Assembly: GCA_041746255.1 (NCBI GenBank)
Contig: JBGTHM010000100.1
Span: 96,001-160,000, forward strand
Source of the DNA: Fibrobacteria bacterium
Lineage (GTDB): Bacteria > Fibrobacterota > Fibrobacteria > UBA11236
Reading direction: 5' to 3'
DNA length: 64,000 nt
Shown: in pieces, positions 8,693-18,921 of the stretch
Position numbering within the stretch: the first letter of the stretch is position 1
Layout: each line of letters opens with the position of its first letter
The notes under the pieces: generated by a model
What the model saw: the letters and a program-made list of their open reading frames with translations, nothing else
Database searches by the model: none
What the model was told of the DNA's origin: nothing
Program-made: the position numbers and the translations under genes

Positions 8693-9627
8693 CTCTACCC
8701 TCCGCAATTGTTTTTCAAATCCCGTAATCGATAAAATCATTTAAAATTGAGATCTGAATTTTTTTTGGGTCCCCTTTTTTATACTCTCTTTGAAATCCAA
8801 TCCACTTGTTTTTTTCAGATACTATTGAACCGGGCTCATTAGGTGTTGGCCAATAAACGTTGAATTCGTATCGCCTGCCCGATTCGACAAGCAGCGTTTC
8901 GGAAATTGACTTAGGAGGAATAGTATCTATAAAAATAAATGGTGTAGGTACCTTAGCTTCATGGCCTTGCAGCGGTTCTACATAGACCCGGATTGTTAGG
9001 TCAGAATTCATGTTATTTATGGTGACTCTATGGATATCCGGCAAGCTGTTGGTTTCTTCTTTAAGGCATCCGAAAAGGAGAAGCGTTATCAAAGCCAGGT
9101 ATGTTTTCACGATTTTCCACCAGTCACTTGACCTCGTCCGTACAACAAGGAATTGAAGCGCTGTTCTTTCTTCACGCCCCCAAATATACTTTCATTCGCT
9201 GGCCTTCAAGGACACAATTCGAGGCCCATGTCGCCCAACGTACCTTAGGCGAAAGCCTACCAGAATCCATGCGACCCAGGGCCCTCATTTGGATGGCTCT
9301 GGACAATTAAATAAAAATCCAGTTGTCCCACAGTATTTTCACGTGGGATTTGGAATCCTTCAGTAATTTGTCAAAAACCTCATTTTTAATGGATATAAGT
9401 ATCATTTCGTGAATAGGTTATGACAATAGGTTATGACTATTTACACAAAACTTCATATTCACTCCTCAGTTGACTTCCAGCTCTTTGATACGGTCGCGCA
9501 GCCGCGCCGCCTTTTCAAATTCCAGATTTTCCGCCGCCAAACGCATCAAGGTGCGCAATTTTCCCACGTCCTCCCGCCCGTATTTCTCAGTCGGCTCCGC
9601 CACGGCCGCCAGACGGAGGGGATCGGG
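8415..9627 (-). mobile_element. Putative islet inserted at the uvrB 3' end (no integrase in view)
   Basis: Bounded by the 162-bp uvrB direct repeats and carries an AT-rich cargo gene. Confidence 0.6.
8715..9110 (-). CDS. Small AT-rich hypothetical lipoprotein
   Basis: GTG start, signal peptide MKTYLALITLLLFGC. Only 19 of 60 bases are G+C at 8761-8820, well below the flanking genes. Confidence 0.7.
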   Translation of the reverse strand: MKTYLALITLLLFGCLKEETNSLPDIHRVTINNMNSDLTIRVYVEPLQGHEAKVPTPFIFIDTIPPKSISETLLVESGRRYEFNVYWPTPNEPGSIVSEKNKWIGFQREYKKGDPKKIQISILNDFIDYGI

Positions 9628-11445
9628 CGCCTCCGGGGTCATTTGCAGGTATTGGTGGATGATTCTCTGTACACTGCGCGGCTCTATTCCCCGCTCTAAA
9701 TTATAGGCCCGCTGCCGGTCGCGCCTTTTCGCCGTTTCATCCATGGCATAACGCATGGCTGCCGTTATCCTATCCGCATAGAGCAACACGCGCCCGTTCA
9801 CATTGCGAGCGGCGCGCCCAATGGTTTGGATCAAGGAACGTCCACTGCGGAGAAAACCTTCCTTATCCGCATCCAAAATTGCGATTAGCGAGACTTCGGG
9901 TAAATCCAGACCCTCGCGAAGCAGGTTGATGCCCACCAGAACATCAATCTCCCCTACCCTGAGTTGACGGACGATTTCACTTCGCTCCAAAGTGTCAGTA
10001 TCGGAGTGCATATACTGCACCTTCAAACCCGCATTTTGCAGGTACTCGGTAAGATCCTCGGCGCTGCGTTTAGTCAGGGTGGTTATCAAGGTTCTTTCGC
10101 CGAGCACTATCCGCTTGTGGATTTCATTGAGAATATCGTCAATTTGACCTTTCGGAGGTCGGATTTCAATTTCCGGATCCAGCAAACCCGTGGGACGGAT
10201 GACCTGTTCCACCACCAGGCCTTCCGATTTTTCCAATTCATAATCCGCCGGCGTGGCCGAAACGAAAAGGGTAAGCGGCATGCGCTGCTCGAATTCCTGG
10301 AATTTGAGCGGCCGGTTATCCATGGCGCAGGGCAAGCGAAAGCCATGTTCCACCAGGGATTCCTTGCGCGAGCGATCCCCGCTATACATGGCGCCTATTT
10401 GGGGAATGGTGGCATGGGATTCATCGATGACCAGGAGATAATCGTCGCCGAAAAAATCCATCAAGGTGCTGGGAGGACTGCCGGGCGCACGGTTTTCAAT
10501 CACCCGCGAGTAATTTTCGATTCCCGAACAATGCCCCACTTCCTTGAGCATTTCCATGTCATATTGCGTGCGCTGCACCAGGCGCTGAGCCTCCAGCAAT
10601 TTGTTCTGTGATGTGAATAGCCGTGATTGCTCATTCAGCTCGTTGCGAATGTCCGCCAAAATGCGATCCATATTGGCTTCGCTGGTGACATAATGGCGGG
10701 CGGGATATATCAGTATGCTCGGAAGCTCCGCCTCCTCTTCGCCGGTGAGTAGGTTGACCCGGGTCAGCTTTTCAATTTCGTCGCCGAAGAATTCGAGTCG
10801 ATAGGCGAAATCGTCATAAGCGGGATGGATTTCCACTACGTCCCCGCGTACCCGGAAAGTGCCCCTACGGAAATCGATGTCGTTGCGGGCATAGTGAATG
10901 TCCACCAGCTTACGCAATAAATCCGAGCGCTGGATTTCTTCGCCGCGACGCAATTCGACCATCATTTTGCGGTATTCCGCCGGCGCTCCCAGGCCATAGA
11001 TGCAGGATACCGAGGACACGACGATGACGTCCTGGCGGGACATCAGTGAGGCCGTGGCCCGCAGGCGCAATTTGTCGATTTCCTGATTGAGGCTGGAATC
11101 CTTTTCGATATAAGTATCCGAGCTGGCGACATAAGCTTCGGGCTGATAATAATCGTAATAGCTGACGAAATACTCCACCGCATTGCGGGGAAAAAACGCC
11201 TTGAACTCCTGGTATAACTGAGCCGCCAAGGTCTTATTATGGGAGATGATAAGCGTGGGTTTGGAGAGGCTCTGGATGACGTTGGCGATGGTGTAGGTTT
11301 TGCCGGAACCGGTAACACCCAGGAGGGTTTGGAATTTCTGGCCGTCGGATATTCCCTCCAGCAGACGACGGATGGCCTCAGGCTGGTCGCCGGCCGGTGA
11401 AAAGGGAGCTTCCAAATGAAAGAGAGAGTCGGGGACTTCAGTCAT
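9466..11445 (-). CDS. uvrB: Excinuclease ABC subunit B
   Basis: GDQPEAI, Walker [49 protein letters not shown] and a C-terminal UVR domain. Confidence 0.99.
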   Translation of the reverse strand: MTEVPDSLFHLEAPFSPAGDQPEAIRRLLEGISDGQKFQTLLGVTGSGKTYTIANVIQSLSKPTLIISHNKTLAAQLYQEFKAFFPRNAVEYFVSYYDYYQPEAYVASSDTYIEKDSSLNQEIDKLRLRATASLMSRQDVIVVSSVSCIYGLGAPAEYRKMMVELRRGEEIQRSDLLRKLVDIHYARNDIDFRRGTFRVRGDVVEIHPAYDDFAYRLEFFGDEIEKLTRVNLLTGEEEAELPSILIYPARHYVTSEANMDRILADIRNELNEQSRLFTSQNKLLEAQRLVQRTQYDMEMLKEVGHCSGIENYSRVIENRAPGSPPSTLMDFFGDDYLLVIDESHATIPQIGAMYSGDRSRKESLVEHGFRLPCAMDNRPLKFQEFEQRMPLTLFVSATPADYELEKSEGLVVEQVIRPTGLLDPEIEIRPPKGQIDDILNEIHKRIVLGERTLITTLTKRSAEDLTEYLQNAGLKVQYMHSDTDTLERSEIVRQLRVGEIDVLVGINLLREGLDLPEVSLIAILDADKEGFLRSGRSLIQTIGRAARNVNGRVLLYADRITAAMRYAMDETAKRRDRQRAYNLERGIEPRSVQRIIHQYLQMTPEAPDPLRLAAVAEPTEKYGREDVGKLRTLMRLAAENLEFEKAARLRDRIKELEVN

Positions 11446-11520
11446 GGCTGAGTGGAATATACCCGATTACCGGAAACGGGTCTCCTTGAATCGCCGTCAA
11501 CCGGCCTGGTTTTAAAAAAG

Positions 11521-12243
11521 CTAAAAGGTGGCTAAAAGGCGGATGGCTTCATGGGCTTCCCGGGTATCGGGATAGATTTTCACCAACTTCTCCGCGGTTT
11601 CTTTCACTTTACCCGGTTGATTCACTTCCTGGTAATTAAGCGTCAATTTCCATAAGGCATTGGGTACGGCCGGACTCAAATCGGATGGCTCACGCCCCGC
11701 GGAACGCTCGACCGGATTACCCGTACGCCGCATATAAAGCCGGATGAATTCTTCCAGGTGGGTAATCGCTTGCGTGTATTCCTCTTTTTGCATATGGCTG
11801 GAGGCGATGCCGTGCAAGGCGCCGGAGGTGATGAGGCTGAATTTCCGGGTATCGAGGTTCACCTTGGAAAAGGCCTCGATGGCTTGGTCGTAATCGCCCT
11901 TTTGATAAAAGGTTTCTCCCAACAGCAGGTAAGCCTTGGAGTGCACCAGTTTGGGACGGCTGGTTTGCACGAATTGGGTCAAAAAGGCCTGGGCGGAATC
12001 CAGTTTCCCCTCCCCGAAGTAAATATAGGCCGGGCCCAAATCCCGATTGGCCGTGACCTCCTGGGCGCCCTGGGTACGGCTGAAATAAATCAGGCCCGCC
12101 ACCAACGCCAATACCGCAATGGCAACGGTCAGAGCCGAACGGCCATGGCGAGGAATGAATTCGTAGATCACCCATTCCGAAAAGGTCATTTTCGCCCCGG
12201 CGGTGTCGAGGGGCTGATTTTTTACATCGTCTTTTTGTGGCAC
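11521..12243 (-). CDS. Membrane-anchored TPR protein (YfgM-like)
   Basis: Single N-terminal TM helix followed by TPR repeats (AYLLLGETFYQKGDYDQAIEAF; LVKIYPDT). Confidence 0.8.
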   Translation of the reverse strand: MPQKDDVKNQPLDTAGAKMTFSEWVIYEFIPRHGRSALTVAIAVLALVAGLIYFSRTQGAQEVTANRDLGPAYIYFGEGKLDSAQAFLTQFVQTSRPKLVHSKAYLLLGETFYQKGDYDQAIEAFSKVNLDTRKFSLITSGALHGIASSHMQKEEYTQAITHLEEFIRLYMRRTGNPVERSAGREPSDLSPAVPNALWKLTLNYQEVNQPGKVKETAEKLVKIYPDTREAHEAIRLLATF

Positions 12244-12326
12244 TTCGACTCCCGATCAAATGCGGAATTCTTACAAATTCGGCAAAAACTAGCTATCGCC
12301 CCCCAGGCGGTCAATAAGGGAATGGT

Positions 12327-12354
12327 TTGCTTCCCGGCGTCCAAGTGGTATAAT
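12327..12354 (+). promoter_or_regulatory. Candidate sigma70 promoter of the PP2C-pgeF genes
   Basis: TTGCTT, 16-nt spacer, TATAAT, with an extended -10 TG. Confidence 0.5.
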
Positions 12355-12398
12355 GGGGTCGCGGCAGACGGAAAAAGCATGCGTTGGCTGTCACTGAT

Positions 12399-13757
12399 AT
12401 GACGAATCCTACCGAAAACCACCCTTACACCCTCCTATCCCGCGAGTTGATGCTCAACTCGATGGCGAGCGACATCATCCGGGTGATTTTAACCGCTCCT
12501 TCCCGGCAAAAAGCCTTATCCAGCCTTTTGTTGGGCATTTCCGAAATTACCGGCGTGCGTAGCCTGGCATTATTCCGCGTCAATTTACAAAATTCATGTC
12601 TTGAGCCTTTAGCCAGCGAAGAACTGAGTCGAGCCCGTCTCCGCAGTTGTCGTCCCAGCTTGGACAGGGCCCCATTAAATGAAGTGCTGGAATCCAGCCA
12701 ACATGTTGTAGTCAAAGACCCCGGAACCCACCACGCCTTCGAGTCTTTGGGATCGAAAAATTACATGGTGTACCCACTGGGTTTCTCAAATCGATTTGAT
12801 AAGACGAAAAACAGCGAAATCGACAGTGAAAACCTGATTTTGTGGCTCGATACCTCCCCTCCCAGCGCACCCATGACCGCCCAGTCCATCGCTTCCCTGT
12901 TATTTCTCAACCAACAGGCCGCTTTGGTTTTGGAAAACCTCCGTATCCGGCAGGTTCTTTCGACCACCAATAAACGCTTGAAGAATCTCAATATCGCCCT
13001 GAAGCAGGTTCAAGCCCATATCGATGAAGACCTGGATCGGGCCCGATCCATCCAGAAAAGCCTGTTGCCCAGCCATGACGATTCTGCCTTACCCGCTCAA
13101 TCCGCCTATCGCTACTTTCCCGCGGGCGCCGTAGGTGGCGATTATTTCGATTGTTTCGAGCTCGAAGGCGGGCGCACGGGGTTGGTCATAGCCGACGTAG
13201 CAGGCCATGGTATAGCCGCTTCCATGATCATGTCCATGTTCAAGGTAATCCTCAAAACCTTGGCTGCGGGAGAAACCTCTCCCTGCAAAACCTTACAGAA
13301 AATAAATTCCATCCTCCTGAAAGAATTGGAAGGGGCGCCCTTTATCACAGCGTTCTACGCCGTCTTCGAAAAATCCACGCGTAAACTCACCTATTGTAAC
13401 GCGGGCCATATTCCCCAATACCTGCTGGAGCAGAACAACCTGCGTGAATTGACATCGCAAGGGTTGTTCCTCGGCGCGTTTCCCGATACTTTTTTAAAGG
13501 AAGAGACCTTGATTGTCTCAGCCCCCGGAAGACTGGTTCTCCTGACGGATGGCCTGACCGAATCGGCCGACTTGGATGGTAGACTTTTCTCCCGAGCCTT
13601 GGAGAAGTTGCTGAAAAGTACCCGGGACGAGACTCCGAGTGTCGCCATAGAAAAGGTGATGGAAGCCTCTTTGAAATTCCATGGAAACCTGCAGGCGAAT
13701 TCATCGACCCCGCAAGAATTGAGCGATGATATCACGGTAGCTATCCTTGACTTGTGA
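12399..13757 (+). CDS. GAF-like sensor plus SpoIIE/RsbU-type PP2C phosphatase
   Basis: ARSIQKSLLP coiled coil, then the PP2C motifs VGGDYFD, ADVAGHG, NAGH, TDGLTE and DDIT, all intact. Confidence 0.9.
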   Translation: MTNPTENHPYTLLSRELMLNSMASDIIRVILTAPSRQKALSSLLLGISEITGVRSLALFRVNLQNSCLEPLASEELSRARLRSCRPSLDRAPLNEVLESSQHVVVKDPGTHHAFESLGSKNYMVYPLGFSNRFDKTKNSEIDSENLILWLDTSPPSAPMTAQSIASLLFLNQQAALVLENLRIRQVLSTTNKRLKNLNIALKQVQAHIDEDLDRARSIQKSLLPSHDDSALPAQSAYRYFPAGAVGGDYFDCFELEGGRTGLVIADVAGHGIAASMIMSMFKVILKTLAAGETSPCKTLQKINSILLKELEGAPFITAFYAVFEKSTRKLTYCNAGHIPQYLLEQNNLRELTSQGLFLGAFPDTFLKEETLIVSAPGRLVLLTDGLTESADLDGRLFSRALEKLLKSTRDETPSVAIEKVMEASLKFHGNLQANSSTPQELSDDITVAILDL

Positions 13758-14497
13758 CATCCAATAGCCTCGCCAACCTGGAAGCCTTTCCCGGAGAACC
13801 GGTAACCGCCTTTTTCTCGACGCGAACGGGCGGTGTGAGTCCCCCACCCTACCATTCCCTCAACCTGGGCCGACATACCGGCGATAACCCGGAAAACGTG
13901 GACGCCAATTGGGAGAGGCTGTTGCGATCGAATAATTTGGAACAACAGATTTTATGCATGCCCCGGCTGGTACATGGCGCCACTTTAATCGCAGCGGATC
14001 CCCCGCGGGATATTTCTTGCGAAGCAGCGGATGCCCTCTATACCTGCAGTCCCGATCAGGTTTTGGCGGTTACCACGGCGGATTGCCTTCCCATTTTGCT
14101 TTTCGACCCGGAGCGCGGTCTCATCGCCGCTGTGCACGCCGGTTGGCGGGGAACCCGGGAAGGAATTCTGGAAAAGGCGCTGCGTACTTTACTCAGGGAA
14201 AACCGGATTTCGGCGGCAACGACACGTTTGGCTTTCGGCCCTTGTCTGCAAGCCGAAAATCTGGAAATCGGGAGCGATATAGCCGCAACCCTGCCGAAAC
14301 AACATGTGCGCTTGAAGAGAGGACGATTCACCTTCGATATGCCGGGAGCCAATTTCGAGCAAGCTTTGAGCGCGGGGATTAAAGCGCGCCACATCCATAT
14401 CTTCTCCGAATGTACTTGGAACGATCCGGACCGTTTTTTTTCTCATCGACGGGATAAGGGGATTACGGGACGTATGGCCGCCGTTATCGCCTTATAG
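13754..14497 (+). CDS. pgeF: PgeF/YfiH (laccase-domain purine nucleoside phosphorylase family)
   Basis: STRTGGVS..PY.SLNLG, VHG, TADCLPI, HAGWRG, FFSHRRD and TGRMAA. Confidence 0.93.
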   Translation: MTSNSLANLEAFPGEPVTAFFSTRTGGVSPPPYHSLNLGRHTGDNPENVDANWERLLRSNNLEQQILCMPRLVHGATLIAADPPRDISCEAADALYTCSPDQVLAVTTADCLPILLFDPERGLIAAVHAGWRGTREGILEKALRTLLRENRISAATTRLAFGPCLQAENLEIGSDIAATLPKQHVRLKRGRFTFDMPGANFEQALSAGIKARHIHIFSECTWNDPDRFFSHRRDKGITGRMAAVIAL

Positions 14498-14604
14498 TCC
14501 AGGATTCGCCGGAAGGGTTTGGAATACCAATGCTGATCTTTATTGCAGGAAATTTTTCTAAAAGCTAAAATGAAGGGCAAGCATTTTTCATCAAAGGAGA
14601 ATCC

Positions 14605-15369
14605 ATGAAGGCTATGCATTGGAAAGTTTTGGCTCTGGTCGGCGGAATCACCGCTTCGTCGCATGCCCTGTTTGGACTAGGCGCGCATTGGACACCGGCG
14701 CCGGGTTTTGAAATTCCCTCCTCGGAAGGCGTACTCGCCGAGGGAGGAGGTCAAAGCATTCGGATTTTGCAACCCACCGCAACGGGCCTGCAAGGATTCG
14801 GCGTCAAGCTGTGGCTGGACTTCATTCCCGTAGTCGATGTCGAAGCCACAGCCAACGTCATGTGGGGCGCCTACGACGTCTCCTTGCTATATCCTGACGG
14901 CGGGGCAGGTCATGATACCATCCCCTTGAATTTCGACCTTGAAGTTCCCTTCGTGGAAGGCAAGCCCCATTTGGCGAACGTCGCTCTTGACCTCAGCGTT
15001 CTCTATCCCGTACTTAAATTCCCCCCCATGGTTTCCATCGCCAAAATTTATGTGGGAGCAGGACTGACATACGGAATGACTACCGCTGTTCTGGACCAGG
15101 AATTCGGTAAAGCCGCATTAAGCAACGTCACCTTCAGCCCGATACCTTCCGAAGAAGAAATCAGTGAACAACTCATCGACGCCATCGTGAACGAAGGCTT
15201 CAAAATGGGTATGGGAGCGCATCTCATCCTGGGTGCAAAGGTAAAGCCGCCGGTTATTCCCCTGGCTGTTTACGCCAACTTGAAGTATTACTTCCTGGGT
15301 ACCTTGCCCGACTCATTCGATTCGAGCACTTTGATGGCTTTTGAATTGGGCGCCGGCCTGGCGTTCTAA
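14605..15369 (+). CDS. Outer-membrane beta-barrel protein (hypothetical)
   Basis: AAGGAG RBS, signal peptide, amphipathic strands (IYVGAGLTY) and a C-terminal BAM-type motif ELGAGLAF. Confidence 0.7.
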   Translation: MKAMHWKVLALVGGITASSHALFGLGAHWTPAPGFEIPSSEGVLAEGGGQSIRILQPTATGLQGFGVKLWLDFIPVVDVEATANVMWGAYDVSLLYPDGGAGHDTIPLNFDLEVPFVEGKPHLANVALDLSVLYPVLKFPPMVSIAKIYVGAGLTYGMTTAVLDQEFGKAALSNVTFSPIPSEEEISEQLIDAIVNEGFKMGMGAHLILGAKVKPPVIPLAVYANLKYYFLGTLPDSFDSSTLMAFELGAGLAF

Positions 15370-15378
15370 ACGGCCACG

Positions 15379-16473
15379 TTAAGTGCTGGGGCCGGGCGCG
15401 AATCCCGGTTCCAGCAGCTTCGCCATGAGGACATGGCCTGGAAGCACGTTCACCTTACCGCTATCCCTCAAAGCATCGATAAGCAGGTTCAACATCTCCT
15501 GGGTACAGGTGTGATTGTTCAACTGATTCGGGGTTTTGCCCCATAGCGGCACGCGTGGCTGCTCGTTCCACAAGGTTTCCAAAACCCATTCCAGCTCGGG
15601 AATGGCTACGGTCGCTCCTTCCAAATCGCTCACTACCGCTTGCAGTAAGCGTTCCGAAGGTTCGAGCTCGTGTAAAAAGCAACGGAAAGACTCGGACGAC
15701 TCCAGGTCGCCTTGCAAATATTCTTCCCATCTCACCAGCGCCTGCAAATAACCTTCGGAGGGTATCGGCATGTCCACGCAGAAATCCATCCAATGGGCCC
15801 GGTGCCAAAGCTTACGCTCCAACTTGAAGCTGGACAAGGCGGTGGGGCTCAAGCGGATGGAAGTGAGTCCGCGCGCCTTCAGTTCGCTGCCGGTAAAATA
15901 GGTGGGGGTGCTGAGAATCACGGCTTCGGGTACTTGCTGTCCTACCGTACGCAGGGAAACGCGGTAGATCTGCATGAACAATCCATCTTTTTGCGGCCGC
16001 GTGGGAAGGCTCCAATACTCGAGATAGTCGTTGGGGCTATAGAGCATTTCTTTGCCCGAAGAAAGGTCGCGGGCATAGAAGCGGCATTCATCTTTGTGCA
16101 TGCCCATGAATTCCACCAAAGCGACTTCGGCCTGGGCCAGACGCATAGCCAGGATTTCTTCCAGCTGCGAGTTGAATTGACCCTCCTTGAGGTACATCTC
16201 GAAAATGCTGCCTTCCGGCTGAACCACTTCATGGAGATAATAGGGAAGAAAGCGTCCCCGGGCGGCCGAAGCATCGCAGCCGGAATAAGCCCAATGATAG
16301 GCGTTATCTCCCCCCCCGACGAAATTTTTCCAATGCAAGGCTTCCTCGAAAAGGTCGGGCTGACCCAAGGCGTAATGGCAGATTTTTTTCCATTCCAAAC
16401 CTAAAAGGATGGCCTGCTGGGATACGGGAAAACAGTATTTTCTTTTCACTTTGTTCCTGCGCGATTCGGTCAT
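15379..16473 (-). CDS. Hypothetical protein
   Basis: Long ORF with uncertain start (ATG at 16473 chosen). C-terminal WNEQPRVPLWGKTPNQ motif. Confidence 0.65.
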   Translation of the reverse strand: MTESRRNKVKRKYCFPVSQQAILLGLEWKKICHYALGQPDLFEEALHWKNFVGGGDNAYHWAYSGCDASAARGRFLPYYLHEVVQPEGSIFEMYLKEGQFNSQLEEILAMRLAQAEVALVEFMGMHKDECRFYARDLSSGKEMLYSPNDYLEYWSLPTRPQKDGLFMQIYRVSLRTVGQQVPEAVILSTPTYFTGSELKARGLTSIRLSPTALSSFKLERKLWHRAHWMDFCVDMPIPSEGYLQALVRWEEYLQGDLESSESFRCFLHELEPSERLLQAVVSDLEGATVAIPELEWVLETLWNEQPRVPLWGKTPNQLNNHTCTQEMLNLLIDALRDSGKVNVLPGHVLMAKLLEPGFAPGPST

Positions 16474-16598
16474 TCTGACGATACAACCTGGCGGGAAATT
16501 TCCACAAGTTTTGGGGCGGTTTAACCGCTGTAACCGCGGAGGTTTGCGGATAAGTGGGAGTTTGAGTTTGGGAAGGTAGGGATAAGGCTTGACGGCCT

Positions 16599-18032
16599 TC
16601 AAGGCAGGTGGGCGCGGATGCGGATGCGCGTGGCGCCCGCGTCGGTGGCGACCCACAGGAAGTCGCCCTCGACGAGAAAAGTGCGCACCTGGGAACCGGG
16701 AATCCCGTCCTCGAGCCGGAAATCGGTCCAGAGATTGTTCTGGAGGTTGAACACCGTTACGCCCGATCGGAACGCGACGAACAGGAGATTGTCGTGTACC
16801 TCGAGGCGGGTAGGCTGATCGCGTTGCAGAAGCGGATGGGCGGATTTGCCTTTGGGTTTAACCATCACTTGATTCCGGGCGAGCCAATAAAGGGCGCCGC
16901 CATGATAGGTGATGTCGGGCACGTCGATGCCATAACTGGAAGGCGCCGACTCGGGGGTAAAATCCTTCAAGGCGTTCCATTTTTCGCCTCGACGAATGTA
17001 AACTCCGTAACGGGTTCCTACCAATAAGTCCGGGCCGTTGGATCCCAGCGCGTTGACGGGAATATCGATTCCCTCCGGCGTAGGCACGGTGACGAATCCT
17101 TCATCCGGATTGGCCATGCGGGAAACGCCGGATTGGGTAGCCGCGAAAAGCGCCCCGACATGGTTGTGCAGGCGGTTGATGCGCACACCGCTGCCTCCCT
17201 GGAACAAGTCGTAATGCCGGAAATCACGGGTGTTGGGACGGTGCCGCACCACCCCATGTTCGCTGGCCAACCAGATGTAATCCCGCCAAGGAAAAATATC
17301 ATGCACGCAGCCATGCACGAAGCCTTGTTCTTTGCGCGCGAGTCGCATATTCCAGTCGCCCAGGTTCGCTGACCGCGCGGAAATCAAGGCCCCCTCCACT
17401 TCGCAGGATCCGAACCAGATCCGGTCGCCACCAAGGGCCATTGCCGTCACGTCGGGGTTATCCAAGCCGAACCAGACCGAAGCGGCATCTTTGCGTCGGG
17501 CGGATCCCAGAAAAGGACCAAGCCCGTCGGTAAGCACCCAGAGATTGTCGTAGTCGAAAACGCGGGCCTGGGTGAGCGAAGCGCGCCGCATATAGCGATC
17601 ACGGATGCCGTCCCCCAGGAAAAAATATTCTTCGTTCAATACCAGGCCGATCAAATCGGCTTCGCGCCCCAAACCGAGATCGCCGCCGGGAAGCGACCGA
17701 CCCGCATCGGTGAATCGTTGGAAGGTAGGATTGTATTCCAGGTAACGCCCGCCCACATCCACCCACAGCATACCCCGGTCTTTGGGCAGGTAAAGCCCGC
17801 GCACCCGCTCCCCTTGCAATCCCATATGGATATTGTCCACCCAGGCGCTGCGGCGGTAATCGTACATGAGGATTCCGCCTTCGGTGAGAACGAAGGCCTG
17901 GCGGTCGTCGGAAACCACTTGCACGGGCCGCTTGTGGGTGGAGACGAAAAGAATGTCGCGCGGTTGGAGATTGGCCGCCAGCGTCAGGCTAACGGAGAGG
18001 AGGACGAGCGGAAAGTATTTGTGCGTATTCAT
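16599..18032 (-). CDS. Secreted beta-propeller protein
   Basis: Signal peptide and repeated blades (LWVLTDGLG, IWFGS, IWLASEHGV, LFAATQSGV, LWVATDAGA) resembling the Reg_prop family. Confidence 0.8.
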   Translation of the reverse strand: MNTHKYFPLVLLSVSLTLAANLQPRDILFVSTHKRPVQVVSDDRQAFVLTEGGILMYDYRRSAWVDNIHMGLQGERVRGLYLPKDRGMLWVDVGGRYLEYNPTFQRFTDAGRSLPGGDLGLGREADLIGLVLNEEYFFLGDGIRDRYMRRASLTQARVFDYDNLWVLTDGLGPFLGSARRKDAASVWFGLDNPDVTAMALGGDRIWFGSCEVEGALISARSANLGDWNMRLARKEQGFVHGCVHDIFPWRDYIWLASEHGVVRHRPNTRDFRHYDLFQGGSGVRINRLHNHVGALFAATQSGVSRMANPDEGFVTVPTPEGIDIPVNALGSNGPDLLVGTRYGVYIRRGEKWNALKDFTPESAPSSYGIDVPDITYHGGALYWLARNQVMVKPKGKSAHPLLQRDQPTRLEVHDNLLFVAFRSGVTVFNLQNNLWTDFRLEDGIPGSQVRTFLVEGDFLWVATDAGATRIRIRAHLP

Positions 18033-18921
18033 CCAGGACGTCCTGCAAGTCGAAGCCGGTGCTGCCGAGACTGACAAGATCCATTTCTCGCCGCGATTTG
18101 GCAAGCAAAACGGTGTCCTTCTCGATGAGCAATTTGAGTGCTTGGGCCGTCAGGGCGGGAACCAGCAATCCCAATTCCCGATAGATTCCCACAGCCTTGT
18201 TGTTTTCTTCCAGAGCCGCCAGCGAATCTCCCAAAGCCAGGCGGCACACCGCCAGTTTGTTGAGACTCGCCGCAACCTGCGAAAGACGTCCCTGACCACG
18301 GAAATCCTCGACCAACAAGCTCCAGAGCTCCTGCGCTTCTTTGAAGGCTCCCATTTGCATGGCCGCCGTAGCGCGTAGGCTACGCTGCAGTATACGTTCT
18401 TTTTTGCCATGTTTTTTGATGAAATTCTTCAAGAGAGGCGACCATTCCGGGCTGGTTCCCCGGGAAATCGCGATACGAATGCGATCAGCCTCCAGCGCGG
18501 GGCGGGCGGCATGACCGCTGGGCAAGACGGCCAAGGCGGAATCACAGACGAAAGCGGCTTCGTTTACGCGTTTTTGCGCATGCAGTATTTGGGCTTTTTT
18601 CCACAGCAGCAGCGCTTCCAATTCCGGATGGGAACTCCTCGGCGTCTTATCCAAAATGAGCAGCGCCGCTGCGATATCATGCGACTCTAATTCCAGATCG
18701 ATGAGGTTGAGCGCCGCCTTGACCAGCCATTCGTCCATACCCCGGAGAACGGCATCCTCCATGGCCCGCTGGAAATACATGCGCGACAATTCCAGGCGCC
18801 CCTCCTGATAGGCCTTCACCCCCCGTAACGCCCATTCCGGGGAGCCTTGCGCGAAGACGGAACCCAGCGCCAGCGAGCAAACCAGGATTACCGTCGCCAA
18901 CCGTCTCGTCAAGCGCATCAC
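17989..18921 (-). CDS. Exported TPR-like protein
   Basis: Signal peptide (VFA-Q) and helical repeats (VAASLNKLAVCRLALGD...A.GIYRELG). Overlaps the mlaD stop. Confidence 0.75.
   Translation of the reverse strand: MMRLTRRLATVILVCSLALGSVFAQGSPEWALRGVKAYQEGRLELSRMYFQRAMEDAVLRGMDEWLVKAALNLIDLELESHDIAAALLILDKTPRSSHPELEALLLWKKAQILHAQKRVNEAAFVCDSALAVLPSGHAARPALEADRIRIAISRGTSPEWSPLLKNFIKKHGKKERILQRSLRATAAMQMGAFKEAQELWSLLVEDFRGQGRLSQVAASLNKLAVCRLALGDSLAALEENNKAVGIYRELGLLVPALTAQALKLLIEKDTVLLAKSRREMDLVSLGSTGFDLQDVLDEYAQILSARPPLR

Noticed and set aside
8253..9627. Diversity-generating retroelement (TR/VR pair)
   Set aside because: The mismatches are not adenine-specific, are mostly synonymous, and no reverse transcriptase is in the window.
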